Assembly: GCA_964106915.2 (NCBI GenBank)
Contig: OZ066924.1
Source: Podarcis gaigeae
Lineage: Eukaryota
Direction: 5' to 3' (one strand)
Length of the DNA: 64,000 nt
In this document: in pieces, positions 51,882 to 64,000 of the stretch
Position numbering within the stretch: position 1 is the stretch's first letter
Layout of the letters: the number at the start of each line of letters is the position of its first letter
Position numbers and translations under genes: made by a program
Notes under the pieces: model-generated
Told to the model about the DNA's origin: nothing
Database searches by the model: none
The model's input: the letters and a program-made list of their open reading frames with translations, nothing else

Positions 51882-52463
51882 TACTAGTAATAGCATTGTG
51901 GTAGCTGCTTTGATTCTCCCATTCTGTAATGCTGAAGCAATTACTAAAGATTGACAGACTTGTTAGATTTTGTACATGACAAGGTCATCTGACACACTCA
52001 ATGCGTCAGTATATACTGGGCAGCTGAAACCATCTCAAGGGCCACAATAATATTTCAAAAGCAGCATGAGACTTTCCCTGCAAAATGACTGCCCAGTTGG
52101 ACAGAAAAAGATCAGCTAATTGGAGGTTGCCAGACAGGTTTGAAAGGGAACATCAATCAATCAGTCAATGTAAGTTTATTGTTCAAGTCAAAGGTAAACT
52201 TGCAGCAACAGTACCAATAAAACAATACATCCATAATATGAGCCAACATCTATGATGTAAGAGAGAGGTTACCAGAGGCACCAACAAACTTAAATTCAGC
52301 TTGGTTTCAAATCAAATTTCCGTAACACCACAACACTTTATAATTATTTTATCTAACCCCTTTTTTCCTTCAATGGGACTATCAATATTACTACCCTTTC
52401 TCAAAAGTAACATATTTTAAGTGTAAAATGTGGCATTAATAGCCTGTGACAAACTTTGGTTAC

Positions 52464-52562
52464 CTTAGTACCTAGGTGATTTGTCAGTCTTCGAGGAACA
52501 GAGTAACTGCTGCTAGAACTCATAACACTTGATGTCTCATGGTCCATACGAGCAGCTGAACC
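52464..52562 (-). CDS. APC: APC exon 8 (99 bp)
   Basis: tcttag|GGT TCA...ACT AAG|gtaacc. Translates GSAARMDHETSSVMSSSSSYSVPRRLTNHLGTK. Confidence 0.96.
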
Positions 52563-53197
52563 CTAAGAGTTTAATCAACAATTTGGCGATGAAAGCATTA
52601 GCATAACACAAAATCATTTTAAAATTTCAGCATTTTAGAAGGCAACACGATTTAGAAGATAGGGTTAAACTGACATGTCAACTCTGTAAAAATCTAATTG
52701 TGCCAGAGGAGGGAAAGCTGCATCATGACCTGAGTCACAAAAGCAACAAGCGGTTAGCCATTTTGCCAGCAATGACAAAAATAGAATCTTTTAAATTATT
52801 GTTAACAATGTAACCATACCGTTTACACTGGAGGGTACGAGAATAGGAAGTGCTGCACTCACAAAGTAACATTTTTTTGTGAGAAATATTTCATTCCCTT
52901 AACCATAGTCCCTGGGCCAACCAACACAATTCTCTCTCACAGCGGTATTCAGCTCCCAGGTGGCATTTTCAAGCACAATTTCAGCATTACTGCTCTTTTC
53001 TCCTTCACTTGCACTACCAACCCCTCTCAATGTCAGGGATGCGCTTAGTCATACCAATTGCATTTTCTCTCTCTTTCTCCTCTCCCTTTAGGCACTGAAG
53101 TGACTACCCAAATTTCATTTAGGGGTGATCAGTTAAGTGTGACTGTGACATCATAGCATTTGCTGGGTTGCTGTCCAGTTAAAGGATGTTTAGTTTA

Positions 53198-53354
53198 AGT
53201 TACAGATAGGTAGCCGTGTTGGTCTGCCATAGTCAAAACAAAAAAAAATTCCTTCCAGTAGCACCTTAAAGACCAACTAAGTTAGTTCTTGGTATGAGCT
53301 TTCGTGTGCATGCACACTTCTTCAGATACACGTCAGATACTGGAAGGAATTTTT
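53198..53354. mobile_element. Penelope-like element terminal (pseudo-LTR) fragment
   Basis: 13-bp TSD GATGTTTAGTTTA (53185-53197 / 53355-53367). Contains the agcaccttaaagac...gagctttcgtg...cttcttcagat motif, a hammerhead and an inverted junction segment. Confidence 0.8.
53292..53329 (-). ncRNA. Minimal type I hammerhead ribozyme motif (Penelope-like element associated)
   Basis: Minus strand reads GTAT-CTGAAGA-A-GTGTG(CATG)CACAC-GAAA-GC-TC-ATAC: core boxes CUGANGA and GAAA, helix II, palindromic mini helix III, 4-bp helix I. Confidence 0.75.
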
Positions 53355-56300
53355 GATGTTTAGTTTATTTACTATTTGGCTTTTAGATGATCAACTAAGT
53401 TTAAATTATTGCAAAACTCAATGAAGGTGCCCTTTTCAAAGTTTCTGTAGTAGGGAGAGCATTTCTCCATAAATGTGAGAAACTTACATTTGTATATAGT
53501 ATATACATCCTATTTCTACTAATTTCGAATAGGAATCAACTTAATTTAATCTGGGGGACTCAATACTGAGCACATCAATTAAATGATTAATAACTTGCAT
53601 CCCAGTTTTCTTAGGATAGATCATGTGGCAAAGGTGATAATATCCTCTTGCCATTTAATCATTACTTCACTCCAGGAAAAGCCACTTGGGTAAGAAATCC
53701 CATTAACCTTTCCATGTACAAGCACCCAAAAGATCATTGTGAATACCAAACATTTGGCTATTAGGAGGACAGGACGCAAGGGTGGAAGCTTTTGGCTTCC
53801 AAGCAGAATTTCATTATGTTTTTATTTATACCCCAGCCAGATGGGTGGGGTATAAATAATAAAATTATTATTATTACTATTATCATTATTATCAGAATGA
53901 AGGTGTTTCTTGCCTTCCACCTATGAGATGCAGCAGTTATTAATCACACTGGGATCCTCTAATATTCTTCTTTTGGGGAGACAAGTGGAATGGGGGCTCT
54001 TACTAGGGCACTCTAAAACCGTTTTATGCAAGGTTTCGGCTTGCAGACCTGATCATTATTTGCCCGCCCACCCTAGGACTACCCACTTGTCAATCACCTG
54101 ATGTCACAACAAAGTGAAACCACACAGGGAAATGTAAAATGCCTTTTAAAGTGCACCATAAGACCAGACAATCAGCTAGATGCAGGCTCTTAAGGAGCCC
54201 ATTGCAAATCACTTGGCAAGACCCCATTGTGCAGCCCCCTGCCAATTAGCTGAGCAGCAGCAGCTGAAGACCCCTTTCAGGAGAGGAAGGTTGTTTACCT
54301 GCCTTGAACCTGTCATTAGGTATAGGGCTGGTGGGTGTGGCCTGGCTGCAACTGCCTGGCAGGGTTAGGGTTGACCTGACAGGTCTGATTAGGCCCCCAG
54401 GACAGAGGTTCTCCACCCAGATCCAGATCTTACTCTCAACACATAAGCAAGTCAGGCCATGTTTACCTTCCTCTACATTCCTACTGCTGTTTCAAAATTA
54501 AAAGAAATCCAGAAATGGTGGAAAGGAAGCACATGCAGCCCCTAAAGATCCACTCCACATCCAACTTGAATACAAATAACTCCCTGCTTGCATGCGTTCA
54601 GCACACACACAGTTTTTGGCCCCAGAAGGAGCGGTGGAATGGGCTTACATGTGCCCTGCCAAGGCACATGGTGTTTCAGAACACAACCCCCATGCAAACG
54701 GGGAGTTGCCAGTACAATGATGGCAGAAGTAATATAAAAGGGTAGTGGGCATAATTTTTATAGCACACTCATATCTGGGCTTTACACCTCCCCCACCACT
54801 TCCCAAAGGATTGGGGGTGCACCATGCATTTCTCCAGCCAAGGTAACCAAGCCCAATATTAGGAAACCTGTGTTTATTGTGTTCTCTTTGCCTCAACGGT
54901 TGCAAGACAAAAAGCTTGGCAGCTGCCTGCATTAGCGAGTATTTTCCAGGAATGAAAGAAAGTTCAGAGCTGAAGTAGCAATAGGGCAACAGATAGTGCA
55001 GTTTGCCACTTTGCTGTTTGGTCCAACAGTATAGAGCTGAAAGTGGGACAGACTTTAATCAGTGGACTTTTTAATTCTGTGCTTGGTCCAAAGGCAATTT
55101 GCTCCTCTCATCCTCCTTCCTGGCAGCCTCCTTGCTCAGAATCATTTTTTTAAAAATGTTTTCTGCATAAGTACTGCTTATTCCAGGGGAATGGCAAAGC
55201 AGTAGCATATTTACTCAATTTTTTTTTAAAATTGTGACGGGTAGAATTTAAATCCAAAGACTTCACTGAAATAGTAAGGTTCTTGTCTAATATTTTGGTT
55301 TGTAAATGACACTTGCTAGTCAAGGCCCTCACAGACTGCATATATATTTAAAAGATTATTTAATGGAAGTGTTTATATTTATGTGGCCCAAGGATGGCGC
55401 TCTACACATACAGGTGCTCCAAGGGGCACATGAAAAACCTTCCCATACAAATACCTCACCATTACTTCAAATATAGGTGGGTCTTCTAGGCTAACAGCAG
55501 TTGTTGAACTACAATTCCCATCAGTCCCAGTCATGTTAGCCAATGGTCCAAAGATTATGGGAGCTGTCCTTTTTCAGTATCTAGAGGGACACAGGTTGAT
55601 CAACCCTGCTACAGGCAATATATTAACCAATTTTTTTTTTTAAATGTAACAATTCAAGGAAGGACAGAAAAAATATGAAAAAGATACAGTAAAACTGGTT
55701 GTGTAAATAAGGGAAAAAATGATGATGAATAAGGCAGTGATTATGAGAGAGCAAGAGAAGAGAGTCTTTACACTAAGCTGTCCTCTGCCACAGAAATAGC
55801 TGGAAAAGCACACAAAGTGAAAGCACTGCAGCTCCAATGATGTGTCCATGGAACCTAGTACTAAATTCCTTATAATAATCAAACCTGCTTTGGATAAGCT
55901 ATAGAGCTTAAACATTGGCAATTGTGAAGATGACCAATCAATTTGTTCTTCCAGAAATTGTTAGAAAGCCCTGAATTTGACAAAAGACCCAAATAATGCT
56001 GAACTGTATTTTTCAACTAATCTTACTGAAGACAGAACCAGTGTTAAATATACCCCAAACCTATTAAAATAGTAGCAAAAAGGAGTCCTTGGAATGTACC
56101 AATCCTCATCTCTTATTGGACACTCACTCTACCTCTGCCACAACCCTTTCTGATCCTGCTTGAATATACTCTTATTTTTTTCTCATCAACGCAACTAGTT
56201 CTGCTACATTCCCATCCTACTGTCTTCAACTCTATTCTCAACTCACGCGGTGCAGTTTTTTATTCTTATTTTAATATTCTCTCTATTGAAACACATCGCC

Positions 56301-57576
56301 AAATGGATTTTTCTTGTAAAAATGAAGTTCACTCCTATCCTTTAGCTAACTTAGGAGCATCCACATTTCAGCGAATTTCATTTGCTCTCCCTAAATGCAG
56401 CAGAGCGCATGCAGAACAGTGCAGTCATGCAGAAAGAAGTGTCGCCTTCTGAAAAATACTATGGTAGCCAAATCATCAAGTATAATATTCATTTGACTAT
56501 CAAAAAAATGTCTGGGCTTGACCAGGGTATTTTATTTTTTAAATTATTTTTTGCCTTCTAGTAATAATATTCTCTGCCACAAGGTAGGTTGACCATAGCT
56601 CCAGAAATGAAATACTGGTGCCCAATCCATTAAGCCTTTTCCCCCTGGCCTTGCATAAAAAGGAGGTAATCCCCCAGATGTCTCATAGCAAGATGGATTG
56701 AATGACTCATATCCATAAAGCTAGGGGGGTGGGGAAATAACATTAATACTATAAGCACAATTTTTTATGAGGCAAAGTCAGAATTGTTCTAAAGCACCAG
56801 GGTTATTCATACCAAGCTCTCTGGCTATAAGACACTTTTCTCATCACCTCCTGAGTTCATCCACATTAAGGTCCCATACAAGGCTATGCTGTATCTTATT
56901 TACAAGAACATTTTTTTAATTGGTTTTAAATCAGAGCAAATCGGGTTTAAACTGTATGTCAGTCTAAATGAATGTTTAAAATATTCCACATGATGAAAAC
57001 ACAACTGGACAACAATCATATTATTATATACATAGCAAAGGAACAGCAGGAAATAATGAAAAATATATCTGCTTCCAATATAAATGAACAATTTGACTGA
57101 TAATTTATTATTCTAGTGGTTTATAACACTACCTTCCACACACACACACACCCAAATTTATAATCATAAGCTTCGACTTTGAAGCCATAAAAATAATGCA
57201 GAATTAGCAGCCATTTTAAAATAGTATCAAAGAAAATTCCCTGTATTAATCACATTTTAACTTGAAAACCTGGCTATATCAACATGAATTTGATAACCAT
57301 GCAAGGCTCCTTTCCCTTAAATTCACACACAATAGCAATCTGACCAAGATTTGTACTTGCTTACAGTGTAGAACATTTAAATTCTATCTATATGGTACAT
57401 TCCTTTGTAACAGATTAAAGAGCACTCATCTCCTCCAGCACAAAGCCTTCTCTGATTTAGTGCACCTGAAGGAATCCATTCGCGCACAATTATACTGCCA
57501 TAGCAGAATCACTATATCCCACCTCCCCAAGCACCCTATGTTGAAGCATTACTTATAAATAAAATGTTGACTTTAC

Positions 57577-57681
57577 CTGACTACTGCCAGCAGTTGCCAC
57601 GCTGATTTCTGCTGCTCCTTGACCTTCATTTTGCCTCTCAGCTTCATGCGAGCCTGCATCGTGCTTGCTTGGAGGTGTCCT
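57577..57681 (-). CDS. APC: APC exon 7 (105 bp)
   Basis: tgacag|AGG ACA...AGT CAG|gtaaag. Translates RTPPSKHDAGSHEAERQNEGQGAAEISVATAGSSQ. Confidence 0.94.
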
Positions 57682-58714
57682 CTGTCAATGTAAGAGTTTG
57701 CAACATTTTACGCACAGAAATGGAGTACGCTTCCACTTTAAGCTTAAAACTGTGAGCACGTCAATGCTGTAGCTTCACGAACCACTGAACTATGCTTTAT
57801 TTTTCATAACCTCTAGCCTCAATAATTAGCAGCCGAGAGCGACCGCCTTAGCAAAATTGCAGGATGAAAGTGAAGCATGTCCTCTGAGGATTATAGCTCT
57901 AGAAGACAAAGGATTTGCTGTGAGATACAAAACACCATCCTCCACCAGCTGTGCTCACATCACTATCAGAAATGTAACAGAATTGGAGCAAACAACTGTC
58001 TCCTCTGCAATGTCACATGATCTATGCACTTACTGGAGGCTATGACTGGAACAGTTAAAATATTACTTACGCTTCGCAATCAAATAGAAACACCTTCTGG
58101 GTGGATAGCCCAAAATACACATAGTACGCCCGTTTTGTACTATTTGGAAGCTTTCCACAATTTAGTTATAGCATGACACATATCAGAGCATCCATCTTAA
58201 CGTGAAAGAAATTTAGACAAGTGGTTTGTCCCCAGACTAATCGTTCTGCAACTCAATGAATAAAATTGGGCAACGTAACAGTGCTTTTTCCTATTAAAAA
58301 GGCAAACCAATATATAGAAAATAAAACCCAGATTTTTTTCATACCATCTTAAAGGTAATGAAAGTTAAAGGTTGTGAAATTTTATTTTTAAAAGTGACTC
58401 AAATGCACAAAGAACTGCATACAGAACAGGAGATACACCTTTATTCAGTTTTTTACTGTCTGAAGCTTCATTTATACATCCCTTATGAAAAAAAACCCTA
58501 TAGAACAGTTTTAAAGGAATCACTAGCCCCACTATAAAAAAGGTTAGATCTCTACCGCCTACAAACATTGTATGGCCATGTGCATTTCAAGAAGTTCAGT
58601 GCTGTATTAGACTGTGCGGTTCTATGTCTGAAGCTAATGGCAATAATTAAATTGAACATGGGGCTATTAGAGAATAAACTGGGACACAAAATAATCTACA
58701 GTAATAATCCAGTA

Positions 58715-58796
58715 CAGTGGTACCTCGGATTAAGAACTTAATTCGTTCTGGAGGTCTGTTCTTAACCTGAAGTGTATGTAACCCAAGGTACCACTG
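58715..58796. mobile_element. Short Tigger-like MITE (82 bp)
   Basis: TA-CAGTGGTACCT...AGGTACCACTG-TA. Confidence 0.85.
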
Positions 58797-58834
58797 TATG
58801 TTCAATCTTTTTCTCCCCCTCCATCCATGATAAA

Positions 58835-59060
58835 AGTCAGAACTCAGGGACCTCCACTGAAGCTAAATGTTGAAAGATTTAGGAGAGACTAAGGAAGTAC
58901 TTATTCACACAGTACATAGTTAAATTATGGAATTCACTTCCACATGCTGTAGTGATGGCTACCAACTTCGATGGTTTTAGTGGAGGGTTAGATGAATTCA
59001 TGAAGGATAAAGCTGGCCATTGTGGCTAGTAGTCATGGATATGTTCTCCTTCTGCTACAG
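58835..59060 (+). mobile_element. CR1 LINE 3' fragment
   Basis: agaactcaggga...agatttaggagagactaaggaagtacttattcacacag...tggaattcact, the CR1 ORF2 end. Confidence 0.75.
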
Positions 59061-59295
59061 GGGCAGCAAGGCCAACAGGGGGATACAAGTGCTTTAAAAC
59101 AAAGTCAACTGGACAATTCTGAAGGAAGTCAGAGCACAAAATGCGTAGGCAGTTCTAATGCTTCAGCACTTGGCAGGCAGCACCACTGCTAAGATTTTGT
59201 GAGAGACTCCCAGAGCCTGTGCAAGAGCTTCCCAGAGCTCGGTAAGCAAGTCTGAGAACTTAAAAGCTCTTTCTGCGCCAAGAAAACCCAGTGTG

Positions 59296-59297
59296 GA

Positions 59298-59345
<48 letters not shown>

Positions 59346-59351
59346 ATAATA

Positions 59352-59387
<36 letters not shown>
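59296..59387. repeat. Compound (GAAA)n(AAT)n microsatellite
   Basis: Directly visible; abuts an L2-type tail. Confidence 0.95.
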
Positions 59388-59388
<1 letters not shown>

Positions 59389-59768
59389 TGTATACCTCGA
59401 CCATCTGGCTGGGCTTCCCCAGCCACTCTGGGTGGCTTCCAAAAAATTATTAAAATACTGTAATACATCAAACATTAAAAGCTTCCCAATTGCTTGTGCA
59501 ATTTCAGCAGGCCGACTATGGAGCATGTAAAGCTGAAATTGCACAAGTTAAATATGCACAAGACGCAAGTTGACTGTATATGTATCTTGGTTTTCTTCCC
59601 AGGAGCTCAAGGCTGTGATCACTGTCTTCCCCTTCCCTTTTTTCATATTCACAACAGCCCTGCAACGTAGGCCAGGCTGAGAGTTGGTAGTTCAGATATC
59701 CACATACTTAAAAGTATTTTTGGCCGGTTATCATATATAAGGGTTGGCAAAAAAGATTTTCCCATTTG

Positions 59769-59770
<2 letters not shown>

Positions 59771-59822
<52 letters not shown>
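59771..59822. repeat. (AAT)n microsatellite
   Basis: Directly visible. Confidence 0.95.
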
Positions 59823-59823
<1 letters not shown>

Positions 59824-59934
59824 TATTTATACCCCACCCATCTTGTAAACTTCAGGCCTATGAAACATTGCAGTTAAAGCAAGGAAGATTCTTTTCTAGC
59901 TTCCTTTACATTATCTTTGAATGACATTACTGAA

Positions 59935-60205
59935 GAATTTAAGAAAAGCCCTGCTGGACAAGGACCCATCTAGCCCAGCATCCTCTTCTCACAGTGGCCA
60001 ATCCCTTTTCTATGAAATGCCTGAAAGTGCAATGAAACCCTCCCCGTCCTTTGGGAATACAGCAAACTGTATTCAAGCAACTGTGGGGCCAGAGAATAGC
60101 CTTATCCTCCATGAATTTGTTTAATTCCCTTTGAAAGCCAGGCAAATTGGTGCCCTTCACTGCCTCCTATGTGAGTGTTTTACGCAGTTTAACTATGTGC
60201 TGTTT
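59935..60205 (-). mobile_element. CR1 LINE 3' fragment
   Basis: gccctgctgga...cccatctagcccagcatcct...tccatgaatttgtttaattccctttgaaagcc, reversed CR1 end. Confidence 0.65.
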
Positions 60206-62456
60206 GACATATATTTGCATCTTGCTTTTTTATCCAGCAGCTTGTACATTTCCCTCCCCTCCCAAACTTTTTATATTTGCAACAGCCCTGTGAAATAGGC
60301 TAGGCTAGGCTAAGTAAATATAAGTACATATGCAGCAGTTCTTGCCACTGGGTTGTGAGACAGGGAGGGGGAGTGTAGGGGCCCTAATCCACATACAGCA
60401 GACAGGTCCAGGAAATCCTGTTGGCATCCCTGGATTATTGCCAGTTGCTGGGAATCAAGAGTAGGAAGAGTGCTTTTGCACTCACATCCTGCTTACAGGC
60501 TTCCTACAGGAATCTAGTTGGCAGCTGTCAGAACAGGATGGGCCTTTTGTCTGATCCAGAATGGCCCTTCTTATGCTCTTATGTTTTTATTAAATGTGAG
60601 CTACACTTATATTGCATATGACATTACACAGTGATAGAAACACATTTATATAAATTAATCAGTTACATTTCAGAGTAAGCCTTCTCAGCTTTCTCCTGCT
60701 CCCCCTCCCCCACCAAGACATCTGTCAAGCAAGCATGCCTTCAAACGTTAAGAAAGAATCTACTGAAAATAGCAAGCAGCAGAACTAAGCTGAACACGAT
60801 AAAAACAACACGAAAAAGCAAAAGGGAGTTGGGAGGGAAACTTTGTATTGGCGGGGGTGGGGGAGTAATCAAACATACAAAATATGCTAATTAACCAAAT
60901 AATAAAGAAAAAGCAAGAGATAATCTTTATATAAAAATACCTATCAGCTGCATTAAAGTCATTTTTCAAGCTTAATTACTGGGGAGGGGGGAGGGGACAG
61001 TGGGTCAAACACAGAAAATATATTGTGTGTGTGCATTTCTGTGTTGAGGGAGACCCCTTTTAAATGTTTTTGGTTAACGGAATTTGAGAAACACAGTTTG
61101 ACAAAGTCCATCTTACCAGCTTAAAGGGAGGAGGGGAGTCACAGCAGACTAAGAATCTGCTACTAAAGACACACAAAAGATATTCGTACATACCCATGCA
61201 CAGTCGACACCTAAAAATTAAGGCTGGTAGCAAGAAACAATAAATAATTTTCCAGCCCAGTTAGTCACACAAATCATGTTGTTGTATCTTGGGATGTGTG
61301 GTCAGGGAGATTTAATACAAGTAACACAGGGAATCTTAATTCTCTTAGTGTTTTCCAAGCCAAATTGGCTGTCTAGCAACTATCTTAACAAATATTCAAA
61401 TCACTGAATTCCATTATTTAGTCATCTATAAGTTTCATTTTCAGCAAAATGTAACTATCTTTATAAAGTGCTGTTTTACTGAACCCAGCATCTCACCCCT
61501 CTCACTTTTTACAGCTAACCAGGATGCAATATGTCTGACAGGCATGAAGCCAACATAATTAGTTTCAATCTTCTGCTAAAAGTTTGCAAACTCTTACAGT
61601 ATTTGAAATTAATCATGGTTAGTGCCATAATTTATTTAAAGCACTTATATTCAAAGCAGCTGAAGAAAACATCCTATAACGCTGCCATACCAAAAAACCT
61701 GTACAGATCTAATAGAAATCTACAACAAAGAAGATCAAAACCACCAAAAACAATAATCAATCAATCATAGCATCACTAAAATAAAAGCTAAGGGAACAGT
61801 CAATTTAAAACAGCCAAGTCTGCGAAATCAGTCCAGTATCGGACAGATGTCTAAAAGGAAAAGTACTGGAGCCTGAAACGTAAGGGGAAGTGGTGAATGG
61901 GAGTGAAAGGAGGAAATCTGGACATGAGATAAGAAGGAAAGAGAAATGAACACATGTAGTACTCCAGATCTTCTATCATAGCTTAGAGACTGGGACGGGC
62001 AGTATTTCAGTGGTAGAGCATATGCTTTCACGCAAAAACCAAAACCAAACTCATATTGGCTCCCTGATATTGCCAGATAGGGTGGGGAATGTGTCTGTCG
62101 GAAACCTCGCAGAACAATTACCAGGTAACGTAGACAAGGAGTTGGGAACTGGATACAACCTGCCAGCCAGATCCTGGGTTTCTTCCTAGCAGGCCATTAT
62201 AACAGATGGACAGAGCCCTGCCCACCTGCCAATCACCTGATATCAAGTGACCAATTTTTCCTTTGTACTGCACTATAAAAGTAAATCCAAGCCAAGTGAA
62301 GCTTGACTTTACTGTCAATCAGCTGACAGGCAGTGATTTCAAGCCTGCTTTCTGCAGAGAACAGCTGCTCACTGGGAACTCTGTTGCACAGTCAATCCAG
62401 CAGGCTTGGAGTCACTGCTTATCAGCTCATCACCTGGTCCACTTTGGGAAGGAGTA

Positions 62457-62806
62457 AAGGTAAAAGGACCCCTGATCATTAGGTCCAGTCGTGACCGACT
62501 CTGGGGTTGCGGCGCTCATCTCACTTTATTGGCCGAGGGAGCCAGTGTACAGCTTCCGGGTCATGTGGCCAGCATGACTAAGCTGCTTCTGGCAAACCAG
62601 AGCAGTGCATGGAAATGCCGTTTACCTTCCCGCCATAGCGGTACCTATTTATCTACTTGCACTTTGACATGCTTTCGAACTGCTAGGTTGGCAGGAGCAG
62701 GGACCGAGCAACGGGAGCTCACCCCGTTGTGAGGATTTGAATCACCGATCTTCTGATCGGCAAGTCCTAGGCTCTGTGGTTTAACCCACAGCGCCACCCG
62801 CGTCCC
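62457..62806 (-). mobile_element. Full-length Sauria SINE (Squam1)
   Basis: Minus strand starts gggacgcgggtggcgctgtgggttaaac and ends (accttt)n; 12-bp TSD TGGGAAGGAGTA. Confidence 0.93.
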
Positions 62807-63412
62807 TGGGAAGGAGTAGACTAACCCAAAGAGGTGTCAACAAGTGCACTTTAGGAGTCCCAATTGGGCACTGGCACTTGTGTCTCTACCTGCCCTGCAA
62901 CTGAATGCACCTTCCTGTACATATTTTGGCAGGACCTCACTACAAAAGCTATAAAACTTCAGACATGGAATACAATAGCTAGCAAAGGGTTCCAAACTCT
63001 CACAATAATTAAAAAGACCATAGGTGATAGAGATTAAAAATTCTGTACACATCTATACCTGAACTCTGAGCATTTTCTCTCTCAGAGGCCGAAAGGGTTC
63101 ATTAAAAAATGAAGATAAAAACACCAACAGCACAATTTATTTGATCTCATGGCCAGTCTAGGATTGCTGAGCAGTGACTACTTTGAGTTTCTCTCTTATG
63201 ACTGATACCATGTAGCTTTAAAGCAAGAGTAAACTGTAATGTATCTCTTATTGATCTGTTTTAGTGATGGATCATATGAGCTACCTTGAATACGTCACGC
63301 TCGAAGATGAAAAGCAGGATACGAGTTCTTTAAACAAGGAAACTGCTGTCTTGACTAAAGCAACACAAAATTGCTCAGCCACAGGTGAGTAACCACAAAG
63401 AGTTATTAGTTA

Positions 63413-63745
63413 CCGTATTTTTCGCCCTATAGGACGCATCTAGTTTTTGGGGAGGGAAATAAAGGGGGGGGGGAAATTATCCCCCCAGCCACGGATATCT
63501 GCCCAAAGCGCGGGGCGCTCTGCTTCAGCACACCCTGCACTCCGGGCAACAGGTGGCTATCCGCAGCCTAGGGAGCTTGCTGATAGCTTCCTGAAGCCTG
63601 GAGAGCGAGAGGGGTCGGTGCGCATCAACCCCTCTCACTCTCCACACTTCAGCGAAAGCCTGCATTCGCCCCATAGGACGCACACAGATTTCCCCTTCAT
63701 TTTTGGAGGTGAAAAAAAGTGCGTCCTATAGGGCGAAAAATACGG
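63413..63745. mobile_element. Tc2/pogo-like MITE related to the element at 17003
   Basis: Perfect 26-bp TIR CCGTATTTTTCGCCCTATAGGACGCA; TA on the left flank. Confidence 0.88.
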
Positions 63746-63843
63746 AATTTATACAGAAGGTCTCCTTGTTCAGTCAGGTCTACTTATTTGTTTCAAACAT
63801 GCATGTACAGTACATAAATAAAGGGCAGGAAATAAATACTAAC

Positions 63844-63927
63844 CTCTGCTTCAGCAGCTTGGGACTGCAAGAGTTGTCTTATACGTAGAATATCCTTTTC
63901 AATTTGTTGAATTCTAGCAACTCTCAC
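63844..63927 (-). CDS. APC: APC exon 6 (84 bp); earlier exons lie beyond the window
   Basis: ttccaag|GTG AGA...GCA GAG|gttagt. Translates VRVARIQQIEKDILRIRQLLQSQAAEAE. Confidence 0.96.
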
Positions 63928-64000
63928 CTTGGAAAAATGAAGTTCAGATACAGGTTTATAACCTTGTTGCCTACCCATCCACAGCAATCAAACTTTTAAA

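Overview
Vertebrate genomic DNA from a squamate reptile, probably a lacertid lizard (Sauria/Squam1 SINE, BovB, Squam3-like SINE and lizard-type MITEs). It covers the conserved APC-SRP19-REEP5 neighbourhood. It holds the last three coding exons of REEP5 (+, stop at 10243), the complete five-exon SRP19 gene (-, 22581->16756, 144 aa, CpG-island promoter) and APC exons 6-15 in classical numbering (-, 63927->37086, including the 6.6-kb terminal exon with all 15-aa, 20-aa and SAMP repeats and the C-terminal VTSV). All exons were delimited by GT-AG sites and join in frame. Introns and intergenic DNA are full of transposon relics: hAT and Tc1/mariner-pogo MITEs, CR1, L2, RTE-X, BovB, SINEs, a solo LTR and Penelope-like fragments. 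Nearly all short ORFs in the track are spurious. The best leads are: a minimal hammerhead ribozyme, carried by a Penelope-like insertion, in sense orientation inside an APC intron; an in-frame APC exon14->SRP19 exon2 read-through route with a solo LTR (sense polyA signal, CTCF-like site) between the genes; a MITE filled with long GC-rich palindromes next to APC exon 9; loss of the exon-9a acceptor; and several recursive-splice or microexon candidates. No wholly new gene system is demonstrated. Comparisons with human sequences are from memory and need checking.
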